A stretch of 64,000 bases of DNA, taken from Candidatus Dojkabacteria bacterium (lineage in GTDB: Bacteria; Patescibacteriota; Dojkabacteria; JAHIVN01). The translations under genes were made by a program, and so were the position numbers. Below are positions 11,056-20,817 of this stretch, one piece after another. The notes below the pieces were generated by a model. That model was not told where the DNA came from. It searched no databases and saw only the letters and a list, made by a program, of their open reading frames with translations. The DNA is taken from assembly GCA_016932045.1 (NCBI GenBank), contig JAFGDO010000012.1:4195-68194 (forward strand), in the 5' to 3' direction. The first letter of the stretch is position 1. Each line of letters begins with the position of its first letter.

Positions 11056-11074
11056 AGCGGCGTATTATAGCATA

Positions 11075-11860
11075 TTATCTCCTAGTCTTAAGCCTTCTGC
11101 CTTTAAGCTCGAGATTATACTCAAGATCTTTTTCTGGATTATCTGTTCTTTTTCCTTCACTTCCCAAAATCCATAGGGCTTTATCAAAAATGAGCCAGCT
11201 AATGTTTACTTCATTACAAGCCTTTTTCCAGATCTGCTTTACTTTTGTGACATTTGCTGGTGTCATCTTTTTCGTATTTATTAACCCCCATTCATTTGTC
11301 AGTCTTACATCATGAACATCAACAGGCATAAGGATTTGCTCGAGATTGTCCAATTTAAGGTTAAAAGTATTTACGATGGTTCTAAAAAAGAAGTTGCCTA
11401 TCTTAGGTCCAAAGCCACGGAACTTATAAATTTCTCTAATAATGACTTGAGAATCTTTTGACAGTTTAAAAATATTTAATGGATTCCCACTGTATTGTGC
11501 TAGCAATATTTTAGAATTTACAGTCCACCGCTTTACTGCTTCATTTATATATCTTGGAGAAAGAGTTTTTTTTATAGTAAAAGTTAATTTATTTTTATCT
11601 TGTTTAAGAATAAACTTGGGATCAAAATAATTCTTTTCGTGTGTCCATAACCTTTGAGCTCCCTTGTATAGTCGTTGTGATTTTGTGGCGTAGTCTAACT
11701 GGATGACGTAAAAGAGAAATAATGCCTTTTGTTGAACAGTAAGCGAAGCAGGAATCCAATCCTCAGCATTTACCCGTTTTTCAAAAACACCTTTTTTCTG
11801 CTTGTAGGCTTTTGTTATAAGAACAACAAGTTGTGTTGCTTTCAGCTTTTTCCTTGTCAA
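11075..11860 (-). CDS. HhH-GPD superfamily DNA glycosylase-like protein
   Basis: HhH FRGFGPKIG followed by PVDVHDVRL and FDKALWILG; no C-terminal Fe-S cysteines. Confidence 0.75.
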   Translation of the reverse strand: MTRKKLKATQLVVLITKAYKQKKGVFEKRVNAEDWIPASLTVQQKALFLFYVIQLDYATKSQRLYKGAQRLWTHEKNYFDPKFILKQDKNKLTFTIKKTLSPRYINEAVKRWTVNSKILLAQYSGNPLNIFKLSKDSQVIIREIYKFRGFGPKIGNFFFRTIVNTFNLKLDNLEQILMPVDVHDVRLTNEWGLINTKKMTPANVTKVKQIWKKACNEVNISWLIFDKALWILGSEGKRTDNPEKDLEYNLELKGRRLKTRR

Positions 11861-12021
11861 GAAAGATTGATTAATAATAAAGAATTATAAATTAACAATG
11901 AAATAATTCAAGTAAGGATCGAGGTTACAGGGTAACTATCTAGCCATGTATATTTCTATATGACAGTAAATTCTCGCTTAAGATGATATACATCAAACTA
12001 GTTACTTTTTCGTGAAGAATT

Positions 12022-12333
12022 CTAGACAAGCACATCCAATAAATAAACTCCAGTTAGTCCTCTGTGTTTATCATGGTAATAGATAGGAGCAATACTATTG
12101 GGTTTTGCCCCAATGATAGCCTTACCAAGATCTGATGTAGCTTCAATCTGAGGGTTATCGTTTGTGGTGTCAACTTGAGGAACAATTAAGCAAACTACGG
12201 GGTCCTTATCAAAATCACTTGTATACTTAATTTTTACTTTAGTTCCAATCTGTGCAGTCTGTGATTGTTCGCCTCTTTGCTTTTTATTCGAAAAAATTAT
12301 GTTAGGGCTTTTTTTATTTATTATTTTATTCAT
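12022..12333 (-). CDS. GreA/GreB C-terminal-domain-like protein
   Basis: AQIGTKVKI...IEATSDLGKAIIGAK resembles the Gre C-terminal motif (SPLGxALLG); no N-terminal coiled coil. Confidence 0.6.
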   Translation of the reverse strand: MNKIINKKSPNIIFSNKKQRGEQSQTAQIGTKVKIKYTSDFDKDPVVCLIVPQVDTTNDNPQIEATSDLGKAIIGAKPNSIAPIYYHDKHRGLTGVYLLDVLV

Positions 12334-12477
12334 AATATATATATATAATATACAAAAAAGAAAACGGTTTTTATTATAGAGGATAGGTTAGAAGAAGACA
12401 AGAGTAGGTTCATAAATATGAAGCTATTAAAAAATTCTAATGAAGGAGTGGGGGAGGGGGCAGAGAAAAAAAGGGAC

Positions 12478-12537
12478 TTGACAAAAACAGCTCTTTCCCC
12501 TATTATTATTATGACCGACTAGTCAGTCATAATAATA
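12478..12537 (+). promoter_or_regulatory. Sigma70 promoter with overlapping palindromic TetR operator
   Basis: TTGACA (12478) -17 bp- TATTAT (12501); 34-bp near-perfect palindrome tattattATGACCGACTAGTCAGTCATaataata (12504-12537) ending at the tetR start. Confidence 0.85.
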
Positions 12538-13115
12538 TGAACAAAAATAAAAAGATTTTTAAAAAACAAAAGATTGTAGAGGCTGCCGCAAAGATCTTTT
12601 CTCGTGATGGATTAGAACGAGCACGTGTTGAAGATATTGCGAAAGAAGCAGGGATCGGAAAAGGTACTGTCTACTTATATTTCCCGGATAAGGAATCTAT
12701 CCTTGAAGAAGGAATACGGTATTTCGCCTATATTCGTATAGATCAGCTAAGGTCACTACTATCGACCTATAAATCCCCAAAGAAGAAGTTAATAACATTG
12801 CTAAATTTGAGCACAAAGATTGCAGAAACAGATAGGTATATTTTTTTCATGAATTATGCTGCTCTACTTTCAACGCATAAAGATTTGAGGCAACGAGCTG
12901 TTACAGAATTCTTTGGACAATATGTTGATTTAGTGGCTGAGATTATAAAGGAGGGAATAGCAAGTGGTGAGTTTAGAAGGATAAATTCAAAAGTTGCTGC
13001 TCTTTCAGTTGTTCTTGTGCAGGACATCGGCAATCTATTACTTTCAAAAGTTAAGAGCGGTGTGAGTAGTGAGAGAACGGCTAAGGAACTTTTAAAGATG
13101 ATTGAGAATGATTGA
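12537..13115 (+). CDS. TetR/AcrR family transcriptional regulator
   Basis: HTH VEDIAKEAGIGKGTVYLYFPDKE; C-terminal GIASGEFR. Confidence 0.95.
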   Translation: MNKNKKIFKKQKIVEAAAKIFSRDGLERARVEDIAKEAGIGKGTVYLYFPDKESILEEGIRYFAYIRIDQLRSLLSTYKSPKKKLITLLNLSTKIAETDRYIFFMNYAALLSTHKDLRQRAVTEFFGQYVDLVAEIIKEGIASGEFRRINSKVAALSVVLVQDIGNLLLSKVKSGVSSERTAKELLKMIEND

Positions 13116-13148
13116 TATGATCTAATTATTAGAGATGATCATATCAAT
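13111..13148. terminator. Inverted repeat at end of tetR (possible terminator or stability hairpin)
   Basis: Perfect 12-bp arms attgatatgatc / gatcatatcaat; no strong U-tract on +. Confidence 0.4.
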
Positions 13149-13200
13149 AAAACAGTTGGTCTTGGTAGTTAGAACCTAATAATATTTTAAATAATAAAGC

Positions 13201-13806
13201 ATGACAATTAAAAAGTACAAAATTTGTAAAAGTTGTGGCGGTCCTGTCAAGGATTACCCCGATAAAAAAGTATTAAATCCAGAATTCTGCCCGTACTGTG
13301 TAGATGAACAGGGCGACTTGCTTGGATATAGGCAAATTGTGGAATCAATGATTCTCTATATAAAGAATGATCATCCGGAAATCAAACCAAAGGACAGACA
13401 TAGCAAAGCCGAGACTATGCTTAAAGAAACGGAAATTTGGGGAGAAAGATTTACTGGTGTGATTATTAAAGAAAGTTTAAAGAGCGATAATGTATTGAAT
13501 TATGTAAAGATAGTAAAAGAAGAGGTGTCAAAGGACAATAATCCTGAGACCAATGGAGGTTATCCGACGTGGCATTTACTTTATGTAGAATTCTTTCGTC
13601 CACAGCTTGAAGATGTCCTAGGTTGTCTTAAGAAAGATTTAAAAGGTAAGGATTGGTACGCTGATTTTAAAGGAAGAAAAGACCATCACATTATTTTCTG
13701 TGGAAGAGTTTTTAGATGCATATTGGGAAAGAGAGATTCGTATAAGAAGGCTATTCAATATGGACTTAAGGTTGGAGTGCCAACGGAGCAGTTGGACTTT
13801 GTGTGA
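13201..13806 (+). CDS. Zinc-ribbon domain protein fused to an unknown C-terminal domain
   Basis: CKSCG...FCPYC at the N-terminus. Confidence 0.6.
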   Translation: MTIKKYKICKSCGGPVKDYPDKKVLNPEFCPYCVDEQGDLLGYRQIVESMILYIKNDHPEIKPKDRHSKAETMLKETEIWGERFTGVIIKESLKSDNVLNYVKIVKEEVSKDNNPETNGGYPTWHLLYVEFFRPQLEDVLGCLKKDLKGKDWYADFKGRKDHHIIFCGRVFRCILGKRDSYKKAIQYGLKVGVPTEQLDFV

Positions 13807-13874
13807 TTAAACCAAAGTCCGAAAGATAAAGCGAATTTAGCAGATAAATTTATTTTAATTTTTTGTTAATATCC

Positions 13875-14213
13875 ATGAATAAAACAAAATACGCAACACC
13901 TTGCGGTCTTTACTGCGGAACATGCCCTGAGTTAAACAAGGCCTGTAAGGGCAAAACCTGTATGGAGCATGATGGCGAGATGTTCTGGGGTAAGTGTGAG
14001 TTATTTGATTGCTGTGTACACGGGAAGAAATTAGAGCACTGCGGATTGTGTAAGGAGTTCCCCTGCAAGTTATTCATTAATCACAACGACCCGTCATTAG
14101 CCCCTGATGTTGCAAAGAAAGAAAATGAAAAAAGGCAAGTAGGACTTAAGAAAAGAGTTAAGGTTGGTACAGAGAAATGGGTGGAGGGGAAAGAGGCTAA
14201 AATTAAGAATTAA
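13875..14213 (+). CDS. DUF3795 family Cys-rich protein
   Basis: PCGLYCGTC...C..CC...LEHCGLCKEFPC pattern; probable start ATG 13875. Confidence 0.85.
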   Translation: MNKTKYATPCGLYCGTCPELNKACKGKTCMEHDGEMFWGKCELFDCCVHGKKLEHCGLCKEFPCKLFINHNDPSLAPDVAKKENEKRQVGLKKRVKVGTEKWVEGKEAKIKN

Positions 14214-14459
14214 AAATGAGAGATGAAAAATTCCTGTGCAGGCATTTGTAGCGATTAAAGGTTGATATGTTGTTATGTGGTTGGACGGTTAAATGGTAAA
14301 TTTGACTCATTGGCACATTATCGTTTGTTTCCACTTCTAGCGTTATATTTTTTCCTTCTCATCGTTACTAATAAAACAAACTGGTATCAAAAAGAGTGTT
14401 ACCAGAATTTGTTAAAAATCTGAATTTCTAGGATAATAGTCGAGCTTACCTTTTATATA

Positions 14460-15362
14460 ATGAATATGCCAGGTAGCGGAAAAATTACAAAAGCGGTTAT
14501 AACCGCAGCAGGTTACGGTACAAGATTTTTACCTGCGACAAAGAATGTCCCCAAGGAACTTCTCCCTGTCATAGATATGCCTGTCCTTGAATATATTACT
14601 GAGGAATGCGTTGGGGCTGGGATTACAGATATCATCATTGTCACAAGTTACGGTAAAAATGCGATTGAGGATTATTTTGATTCTTCACCAGAATTGGAGG
14701 AAATGCTGAAAAAGAAAGGTAAGACAGATTTATATAAGAAGGTTCGGAATGTATACGAAAAAGCTAACTTTATCTTTGTAAGACAAAGCAAACATCTTCC
14801 GTATGGTACAGCAGCTCCACTACTTGTTGTGAAAAATCTAATTAAAGAGGACGAAGCTTTTGCACTTCTCTATGGTGATGATATTTATCAAAATGGAAAA
14901 AAGCTGGCAATAGGAGAGCTTATCGAAACATATAAGGCAAATAGATGGTGCGGGGCTGTAATTGGAGCAAAGATAATCCCGGATGAGGAGGTTTCTAATT
15001 TTGGTATATTTAAGTATCGTAAAGAAAGAGGTCACTTATTATTTGATGAGGTTGTTGAGAAACCTTCGAAACCCGTTGCGGATAAAAACTATACGAATGG
15101 CGGGAGATTTGTATTTAATTCTGAAATATTTAACTTCATTAATCGGGAAGATTATAAAGAAAATCCAAGGCGAGAACTTGAATTAACAGATGTGTTAAAC
15201 AATTATAAGAGGAATAACAAAATGATAATTCAGGAGATGAAAGCAGAATGGTATCCTGCCGGTAAACCTATTGATATGATAAGGACTACAATTAAACTGG
15301 CTCTAAAAAGAGATGATTTAAAAGCTGATGTACAGAAATTTATAAACTCCTTAGCTAATTAA
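14460..15362 (+). CDS. UTP-glucose-1-phosphate uridylyltransferase-like (GalU family) paralog 1
   Basis: AAGYGTRFLPATKNVPKE, RQ..PYG, YGDD, VEKP, ELTD. Confidence 0.85.
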   Translation: MNMPGSGKITKAVITAAGYGTRFLPATKNVPKELLPVIDMPVLEYITEECVGAGITDIIIVTSYGKNAIEDYFDSSPELEEMLKKKGKTDLYKKVRNVYEKANFIFVRQSKHLPYGTAAPLLVVKNLIKEDEAFALLYGDDIYQNGKKLAIGELIETYKANRWCGAVIGAKIIPDEEVSNFGIFKYRKERGHLLFDEVVEKPSKPVADKNYTNGGRFVFNSEIFNFINREDYKENPRRELELTDVLNNYKRNNKMIIQEMKAEWYPAGKPIDMIRTTIKLALKRDDLKADVQKFINSLAN

Positions 15363-15381
15363 GTTATAAGAAATTTAAACT

Positions 15382-16305
15382 ATGGCCGCAAAGAAGGTAA
15401 CGAAAGCTATCATTACTGCCGCTGGACGCGGGACAAGGTTTTTACCTGCTTCAAAAGCATTCCAAAAGGAGATGGTTCCTATCATGCATAAACCACAACT
15501 CCAATGGGTTATTGAAGAAGCTATAGAATCCGGGATCACAGATATAGCTGTTGTTATAAGAAAAGGTGTAGACACTTTCAAGGATTATTTTAATGATAAC
15601 AAGGATCTCTGGAAGTATCTTAAAAAAAGTAAGAAAGAAGATCTGCTGGATAGCTGGGTGAGTCTCAAGAAGGAGGCTCAAATAACATTATTCTATCAAA
15701 AAGAAACTGATCCTTACGGAAATGGTACTCCCTTTATCATTGCTAAAAAATTCGTAAAGGGTGAACCTTTTGCTGCAATGTGGGGAGATGACATCATGGT
15801 TAGAACAGATAAGAACAAACCGACCTGCCTCAAGCAAATGATCAACTATTATGGAATGTACGAACCTACAGCTGTCATGTCTGTATCAAGAGTTGATCGA
15901 TCAGTGATAAATAAATACGCAAGCTATGAGTATTTAAGACCTAAGGAGGCGAAGGTTCCTTATCAGGTGAAAAGACTTATTGAAAAGCCTGAACCTGAGG
16001 AAGCTCCTTCTCTTATGGCCAATGCCTGTCGTTTTATATTATCGTATGAGGTGATTGAAGAACTTGGGAAAAAGGTTAAAGGCAAGGATGAAGAGATTTG
16101 GCTTACAGATGCAGTTGACAGGCTTGTACAGCAAGGAAAAGTTGTAATGGCGCCGCCTTGGCAGGGAAGTTTCTGGATCCCAGTTGGTGATCCTATAAAT
16201 TGGCTTAAAGCAAATTTAGTGATCTCTCTAATTGATAAAAAGTATAGAAAGGATGCAAGAGAGATTATTCAAGATGTTGAAAAAATGCGTTTAATTAAGA
16301 CTTGA
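15382..16305 (+). CDS. UTP-glucose-1-phosphate uridylyltransferase-like (GalU family) paralog 2
   Basis: AAGRGTRFLPASKAFQKE, WGDD, IEKP, WLTDA. Confidence 0.85.
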   Translation: MAAKKVTKAIITAAGRGTRFLPASKAFQKEMVPIMHKPQLQWVIEEAIESGITDIAVVIRKGVDTFKDYFNDNKDLWKYLKKSKKEDLLDSWVSLKKEAQITLFYQKETDPYGNGTPFIIAKKFVKGEPFAAMWGDDIMVRTDKNKPTCLKQMINYYGMYEPTAVMSVSRVDRSVINKYASYEYLRPKEAKVPYQVKRLIEKPEPEEAPSLMANACRFILSYEVIEELGKKVKGKDEEIWLTDAVDRLVQQGKVVMAPPWQGSFWIPVGDPINWLKANLVISLIDKKYRKDAREIIQDVEKMRLIKT

Positions 16306-17117
16306 GATTTCATCTCGTGATTAAGAAGCTTATAGAGATAGCTAAGAATGCCGGACAGATACAACTAAAGTATTATAAGTCGGGCTTTGATATTCAAAAG
16401 AAGAATAATGATATGTATGACCTCTTAACTTCAGCTGACCTTGCATGCGATAAGTATATTTATGCTGAACTCAAAGAAGAGTTTCCAGATATCCTGATTC
16501 TTTCTGAAGAAAATAAAAAGATTCCAGGAAGCTTTTCCGGGAGGGTTTTTATGGTAGACCCACTTGATGGCACTAAGGAATTTGTTGCTAAGAATGATCA
16601 GTTTGCTTGTATGATTGGGTTATGCAAAGATGGTATACCTACGCTTGGAGTTGTATATGCTCCGGCATTGGATAAACTATACTGGGGTGAGAAGGGAAAG
16701 GGCTCATATTTAATTAGTAAAGATAAAACTTGCGAGTTAGAAGTATCAGAGCTTGATAATTTAGAAAGAGCTATACTGATAGATAGAAACTTTCATGGTG
16801 AGGAAAGACCCTTGGATTTTGTCGTAAAGAATTTGGGAGCGGGTAAAATAAAGCCATTTGGAAGTGTTGGATTAAAACTAGGTCTTATCTCAAGGGGTAA
16901 GGCCCATATTCACGTCAATAGCAATTTCCGTTTAAGTAAATGGGACAGCTGTGCTCCGCAAATTATCCTCGAAGAAGCTGGGGGAAAGGTTACAGACTTA
17001 TATGGGGATCCACTAGATTATAAACAGAAATCTCTCAAATGGGAAAATTCTGTTGTGGCGACAAATGGTGTTTTGCATAATGAGGTAATCACAAAGATCA
17101 ATAGCTTACTTAGTTAG
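16302..17117 (+). CDS. cysQ: 3'(2'),5'-bisphosphate nucleotidase (inositol monophosphatase family)
   Basis: LSEE, VDPLDGTKEF, GSVGLK, KWDSCAPQIILEEAGG. Confidence 0.9.
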   Translation: MRFHLVIKKLIEIAKNAGQIQLKYYKSGFDIQKKNNDMYDLLTSADLACDKYIYAELKEEFPDILILSEENKKIPGSFSGRVFMVDPLDGTKEFVAKNDQFACMIGLCKDGIPTLGVVYAPALDKLYWGEKGKGSYLISKDKTCELEVSELDNLERAILIDRNFHGEERPLDFVVKNLGAGKIKPFGSVGLKLGLISRGKAHIHVNSNFRLSKWDSCAPQIILEEAGGKVTDLYGDPLDYKQKSLKWENSVVATNGVLHNEVITKINSLLS

Positions 17118-17119
17118 CC

Positions 17120-17461
17120 TTGATTATGGAGCAGCATACCTGTATATCAGCTTATGCAAAAAGGGTTCATGAAATGTCCTTTCTAGAAGCATTGAGTTCA
17201 AGGTCAATATTGCATACACAATCATTAATGGATGGTCAGGTAAAGGAAGTAAGTCCACACTTTCAATTGAACCATTACCTTGCAAGAAGTTTTGTCGGAC
17301 TTGCTGGTATTGCTTTATATGAACAAGTGAGAAGGGTACTATCATTTATGCCGAGTACGAATGATGTAGTCGGAAAACTTATCGCAACCGGTGCTTGTGA
17401 TGATAGCGATCCCTCACCACCAGAGAGAGTACCTGTCCCTGTACCGATCCCAAAAAGGTAA
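17120..17461 (+). CDS. Hypothetical protein
   Basis: 113-aa ORF directly after cysQ. Confidence 0.5.
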   Translation: MIMEQHTCISAYAKRVHEMSFLEALSSRSILHTQSLMDGQVKEVSPHFQLNHYLARSFVGLAGIALYEQVRRVLSFMPSTNDVVGKLIATGACDDSDPSPPERVPVPVPIPKR

Positions 17462-17490
17462 TATGCATTTGGTTAGGCAGAGTAAGAGTG

Positions 17491-19035
17491 TTAAGAGGTG
17501 ACTAGAGTTACCTCTCTTATTTTCCACAACATCCATCTATAAGCTTCTTTAGGTCCTGTACCTTCAATCCATGTATTTCCATCTGCAATTACTGTCCCTC
17601 TTTTTGCATCTCTAGTTGGATAAACATAAACACTAAAACTAATTTTTATCCCTCTTTGATCTAAAAGTCTAACAATTTCTTGTGAAGCAAACATTACAAT
17701 CTGTTCGGGTTGAAAGGCTTGGGAAATGTAGTTGTTGAACCAAAAATCATTTAGTGCTTCAAGAATATGCTCAGGTGACCAATCACCTAATTCAGCAATT
17801 TCCTAGATTGCGTCGATTTCATGCCAGTCAAAACGTTGTTTTCCAGATACTGCTAGGTATCTACTGGTTCCTGACCAGTGAAAAGCTTCAGGCATTCCGG
17901 CTATTAGGCTCGATATTTGTCGATCAGGATTCATGTAAACTACTCCTCCATGAATATCAAGTGGGTAGACTGATTGTAAACCTGTGTGATAATTAAGTAC
18001 CAATTGATCAAGAGCCCTTCCTAACGCCATATCGCCAAATGGTATAGGCATAAGACCACCTATTGCACACAGAACTTTAAGTGAGATGACAGTGAATGGC
18101 CCAATAGGATTTTTCGAAATCATACTTTGTGTATTCCTATTTGCTAGTTCAGCTGTGAAGAGTTCTCTTCTGAGATCCCAGACTAGACTTAATACTGGAA
18201 ATTTCCTTTTTGCCTCCTTGTCAAAGTCATATGCTGTTGAAACTGCAACTGAGCCGGCTATATGAAAACGATCATGTGAAATAGGGGTATAAAGATCGGA
18301 TTGTAGTTTGGGGTCAATCATACCTGTTTCTGCTAATACGTTAATAGCTTGTTGAATGGATTCAGGCGAAAGTCCACTTATATCTGCATCAACTAAAACT
18401 AAGGGCACTTCTCTTTGCCCTCGTTGAACTAACATAGCCAGGTCCGCTGCAACCTTTTTTGCCGTTCCAACATTATAAAATTGTGGAACTTGTTCATTGA
18501 TAACATGAAGATTAGAGAAATGTTGAGAAGCTTTTGTTAATGCATGCCAGACTTCTGCTGATGGTTCATCAGTATAGTTATGATATACTAGGATGCAGAC
18601 TTCTTCTTCAAAATTGTCTCCATAAGAGTCTCTAACAGCTTGTAGAGCTCTTTCGAGGTCAGTTTCATTTCTCGCTGCAATGACAACTATAGACTTTGTT
18701 TTTTCTGTAACAAAATTTCCCGGAACACCTTCTACTAGTCTGGCAAGACGACTTGTATATTCATCCGTGTGCCTTTCCCAGTATCTTTCAGCTACTTCTT
18801 CCCAAGGTAGATTTCTTAGGAATCCAAGGACACGTTCAGATTCATTGTGAAGATCAGGTTGATTTGGTTTGTCAATAGAAGAGGTAGCCTCATCTATCCA
18901 TGTTGCAATGATTGGATCAAAAAATGGAAGTATGTCAGATCCCAAGGGATTTGTAGATTCTAGTTGTAAGTTTCCATCCCTATAAAAAGAAGTAAAAAGC
19001 CTTCTATCTAGAGGAATTGGTTCGGTTTCAATCAT
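17491..19035 (-). pseudogene. GT-A/GT2-like glycosyltransferase gene interrupted by a single in-frame TAG at 17803-17805
   Basis: SIVVIAARNE and VLVDADI (DxD) motifs. After the TAG the same frame continues for 36 sense codons (EIAELGDWSP...EQIV) directly into the 17491-17694 ORF. Confidence 0.6.
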
Positions 19036-19083
19036 ATAACTAAACTTATTAAAAAGTAGTAAGGAATTATGTATAATTTCCCA

Positions 19084-20040
19084 GTGAAAATCAAACTAAT
19101 TGAAGCAAAATCAGTACTTACTAAATCGCAACTACCAGGATGTGATTATGTTATTAACCCTTACACAGGCTGTACTTTCGGCTGCTCATATTGCTATGCC
19201 GATTTCACTAAAAGATTTACAGGACATTCGGGTGATGAATGGGGAGTTTACGTTGATGTGAAGGTTAATGCTGCAAATGTTTTGGAAAAGGAGTTGGAGC
19301 GGTTCAAACGAAAACGTTTGAACCAACATAAAGGTCTCATTGCGGATAATGGAACCAGCAGCAAGATAATCAAGATCTTGATTGGTTCAGTAACTGATCC
19401 GTATCAAGGTGTAGAAGCTAAGTATAAGATAACAAGAAAATGCTTACAAGTACTTGAGAAGAGTAGGTTCCCATTGGAAGTTAGTGTTCTAACGAAATCG
19501 CATCTTGTAACTAGAGATATAGATGTTTTAAAAAATATTAGAAATGTTTCTGTTGGCATGACAATTACAGCGACTGATGATACGGTAGCAAGAATTCTTG
19601 AGGGAAACGCGCCGCCTGCAAGGTTAAGGCTATCTGCGCTTAAAAAGCTTAATCAAGCAGGAATTGAAACTTATGTTTGTGTAAATCCACTTCTTCCTCA
19701 TTTTGTTGCAAACGAGAAAAAATTACGGAAGTTATTTGATGCTATTAAAAAAACTGGAAATAAAGAAGTGTGGTTGGAGCACATTAACGTTGGAGGAAAC
19801 AGATTAAAGCGGATAAAACAGATGATAGTTAATAAAGTTCCTGAAGCTGCTGAAGCTTTTGAACAGGCAAAGACTAGTAAGTATAAAGATGATTTAAACA
19901 GATTGCTTTTTAGGGTACTAAACGATTATAGTTTTAAAATAGGGGGCGGTGGAATAATTGATCACAAACGAAAGGCCATTATTACTAATAGCAATAAGAC
20001 ATTAAAAGTAAAAAAAGGGTGGAAGCTTGATAGAGTGTAG
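19084..20040 (+). CDS. Radical SAM protein, SplB-like/Rv2578c family
   Basis: INPYTGCTFGCSYCYA, GSVTDPYQ, LTKS, RDID. Probable GTG start at 19084, 6 nt after TGTATAAT. Confidence 0.9.
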   Translation: MKIKLIEAKSVLTKSQLPGCDYVINPYTGCTFGCSYCYADFTKRFTGHSGDEWGVYVDVKVNAANVLEKELERFKRKRLNQHKGLIADNGTSSKIIKILIGSVTDPYQGVEAKYKITRKCLQVLEKSRFPLEVSVLTKSHLVTRDIDVLKNIRNVSVGMTITATDDTVARILEGNAPPARLRLSALKKLNQAGIETYVCVNPLLPHFVANEKKLRKLFDAIKKTGNKEVWLEHINVGGNRLKRIKQMIVNKVPEAAEAFEQAKTSKYKDDLNRLLFRVLNDYSFKIGGGGIIDHKRKAIITNSNKTLKVKKGWKLDRV

Positions 20041-20100
20041 GGCACATATGAGTCTCCAAGGGATGGTAAGGGCCCTTGTAATAGTCGTTTGATGGAACTG

Positions 20101-20364
20101 TTATTCCTTTACAAGATACACACCGTAGCCTTCTTTCACCTTTTGGTCCGCTTTCATCCCGAAATCATCTCCCTTTTTCGCCACCTTTATATCAGTTCCA
20201 TCAATTTGCATGGAGGTAACTGTCTGCTCAAAAAGCTCTTTTCCCTCCCTATCTGCAACTTTTATCTTATCATCTAACGCCAACTTCCCTTTTTCGAGCT
20301 TGATAACCGCTACCCCGATTTTGTCATAGTAATGTTCTACGACTCCAATCTTGTCACCTAACAT
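20101..20364 (-). CDS. Small translation-factor-type beta-barrel protein (U32 peptidase C-terminal-like)
   Basis: IGVVEHYYDKIGVAVIKL...QTVTSMQID...AKKGDDFGMK pattern. Confidence 0.75.
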   Translation of the reverse strand: MLGDKIGVVEHYYDKIGVAVIKLEKGKLALDDKIKVADREGKELFEQTVTSMQIDGTDIKVAKKGDDFGMKADQKVKEGYGVYLVKE

Positions 20365-20470
20365 TGATTGGTGGTGGTGATAAATTAGCTATTACATTAT
20401 TATAAAATAAAAAGAACGGATGTACAAATTTTTTTATTTAGCTATTTGATGGTCGGCATTTTTGTTGTAA

Positions 20471-20535
20471 TGGACGAAAGTTAAACTTTCGTTCCTGCGT
20501 AAATCCTGACTGGATGAAGGTTAAACCTTCATCCA
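20471..20535. repeat. Two tandem 25-bp REP-like palindromes
   Basis: tggacgaaagtt-a-aactttcgttcc (20471) and the perfect tggatgaaggtt-a-aaccttcatcca (20511); 40-bp spacing with compensatory differences. Confidence 0.8.
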
Positions 20536-20563
20536 TAGAAACTATAGGAAACATGGGTAAACT

Positions 20564-20593
20564 TTGACTTTTTTATCCGAACTCTGATAATAT
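20564..20593 (+). promoter_or_regulatory. Sigma70 promoter of the cys leader
   Basis: TTGACT (20564) followed by GATAAT/TAATAT (20586-20593), 6 nt before ATG 20600. Confidence 0.6.
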
Positions 20594-20599
20594 CAACTC

Positions 20600-20656
20600 A
20601 TGCAGAAAATTTTCCTAAACAATAATTTCTTCTGTTGTTGCGAGCCAATAATCTAA
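20600..20656 (+). CDS. Cys-rich leader peptide MQKIFLNNNFFCCCEPII
   Basis: Three consecutive Cys codons (TGT TGT TGC) upstream of cysteine synthase and cysS; alternative pairings downstream. Confidence 0.75.
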   Translation: MQKIFLNNNFFCCCEPII

Positions 20657-20817
20657 CTATTGGCTGATTTCTGCGTATCTTCCCAAAAATTCCCAGATAA
20701 ATAGAAACAAGCTAATAGTAATTAAATATCTAATATTTAACTATCTGAATATGTATACTCGATGTTGTAGCTCTGAAAGTTTATCTGTTAAGTATTTTAT
20801 TTTTCACTTTCAGAGTT

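Noticed and set aside
17803-17805. Genome-wide stop-codon reassignment or pyrrolysine
   Set aside because: TAG and TGA terminate conserved genes at normal positions (murA, cysS, mraZ); no pyl genes in the window.
20471-20535. Mini CRISPR array
   Set aside because: Only two units with a 15-nt spacer and no cas genes; better described as REP-like.
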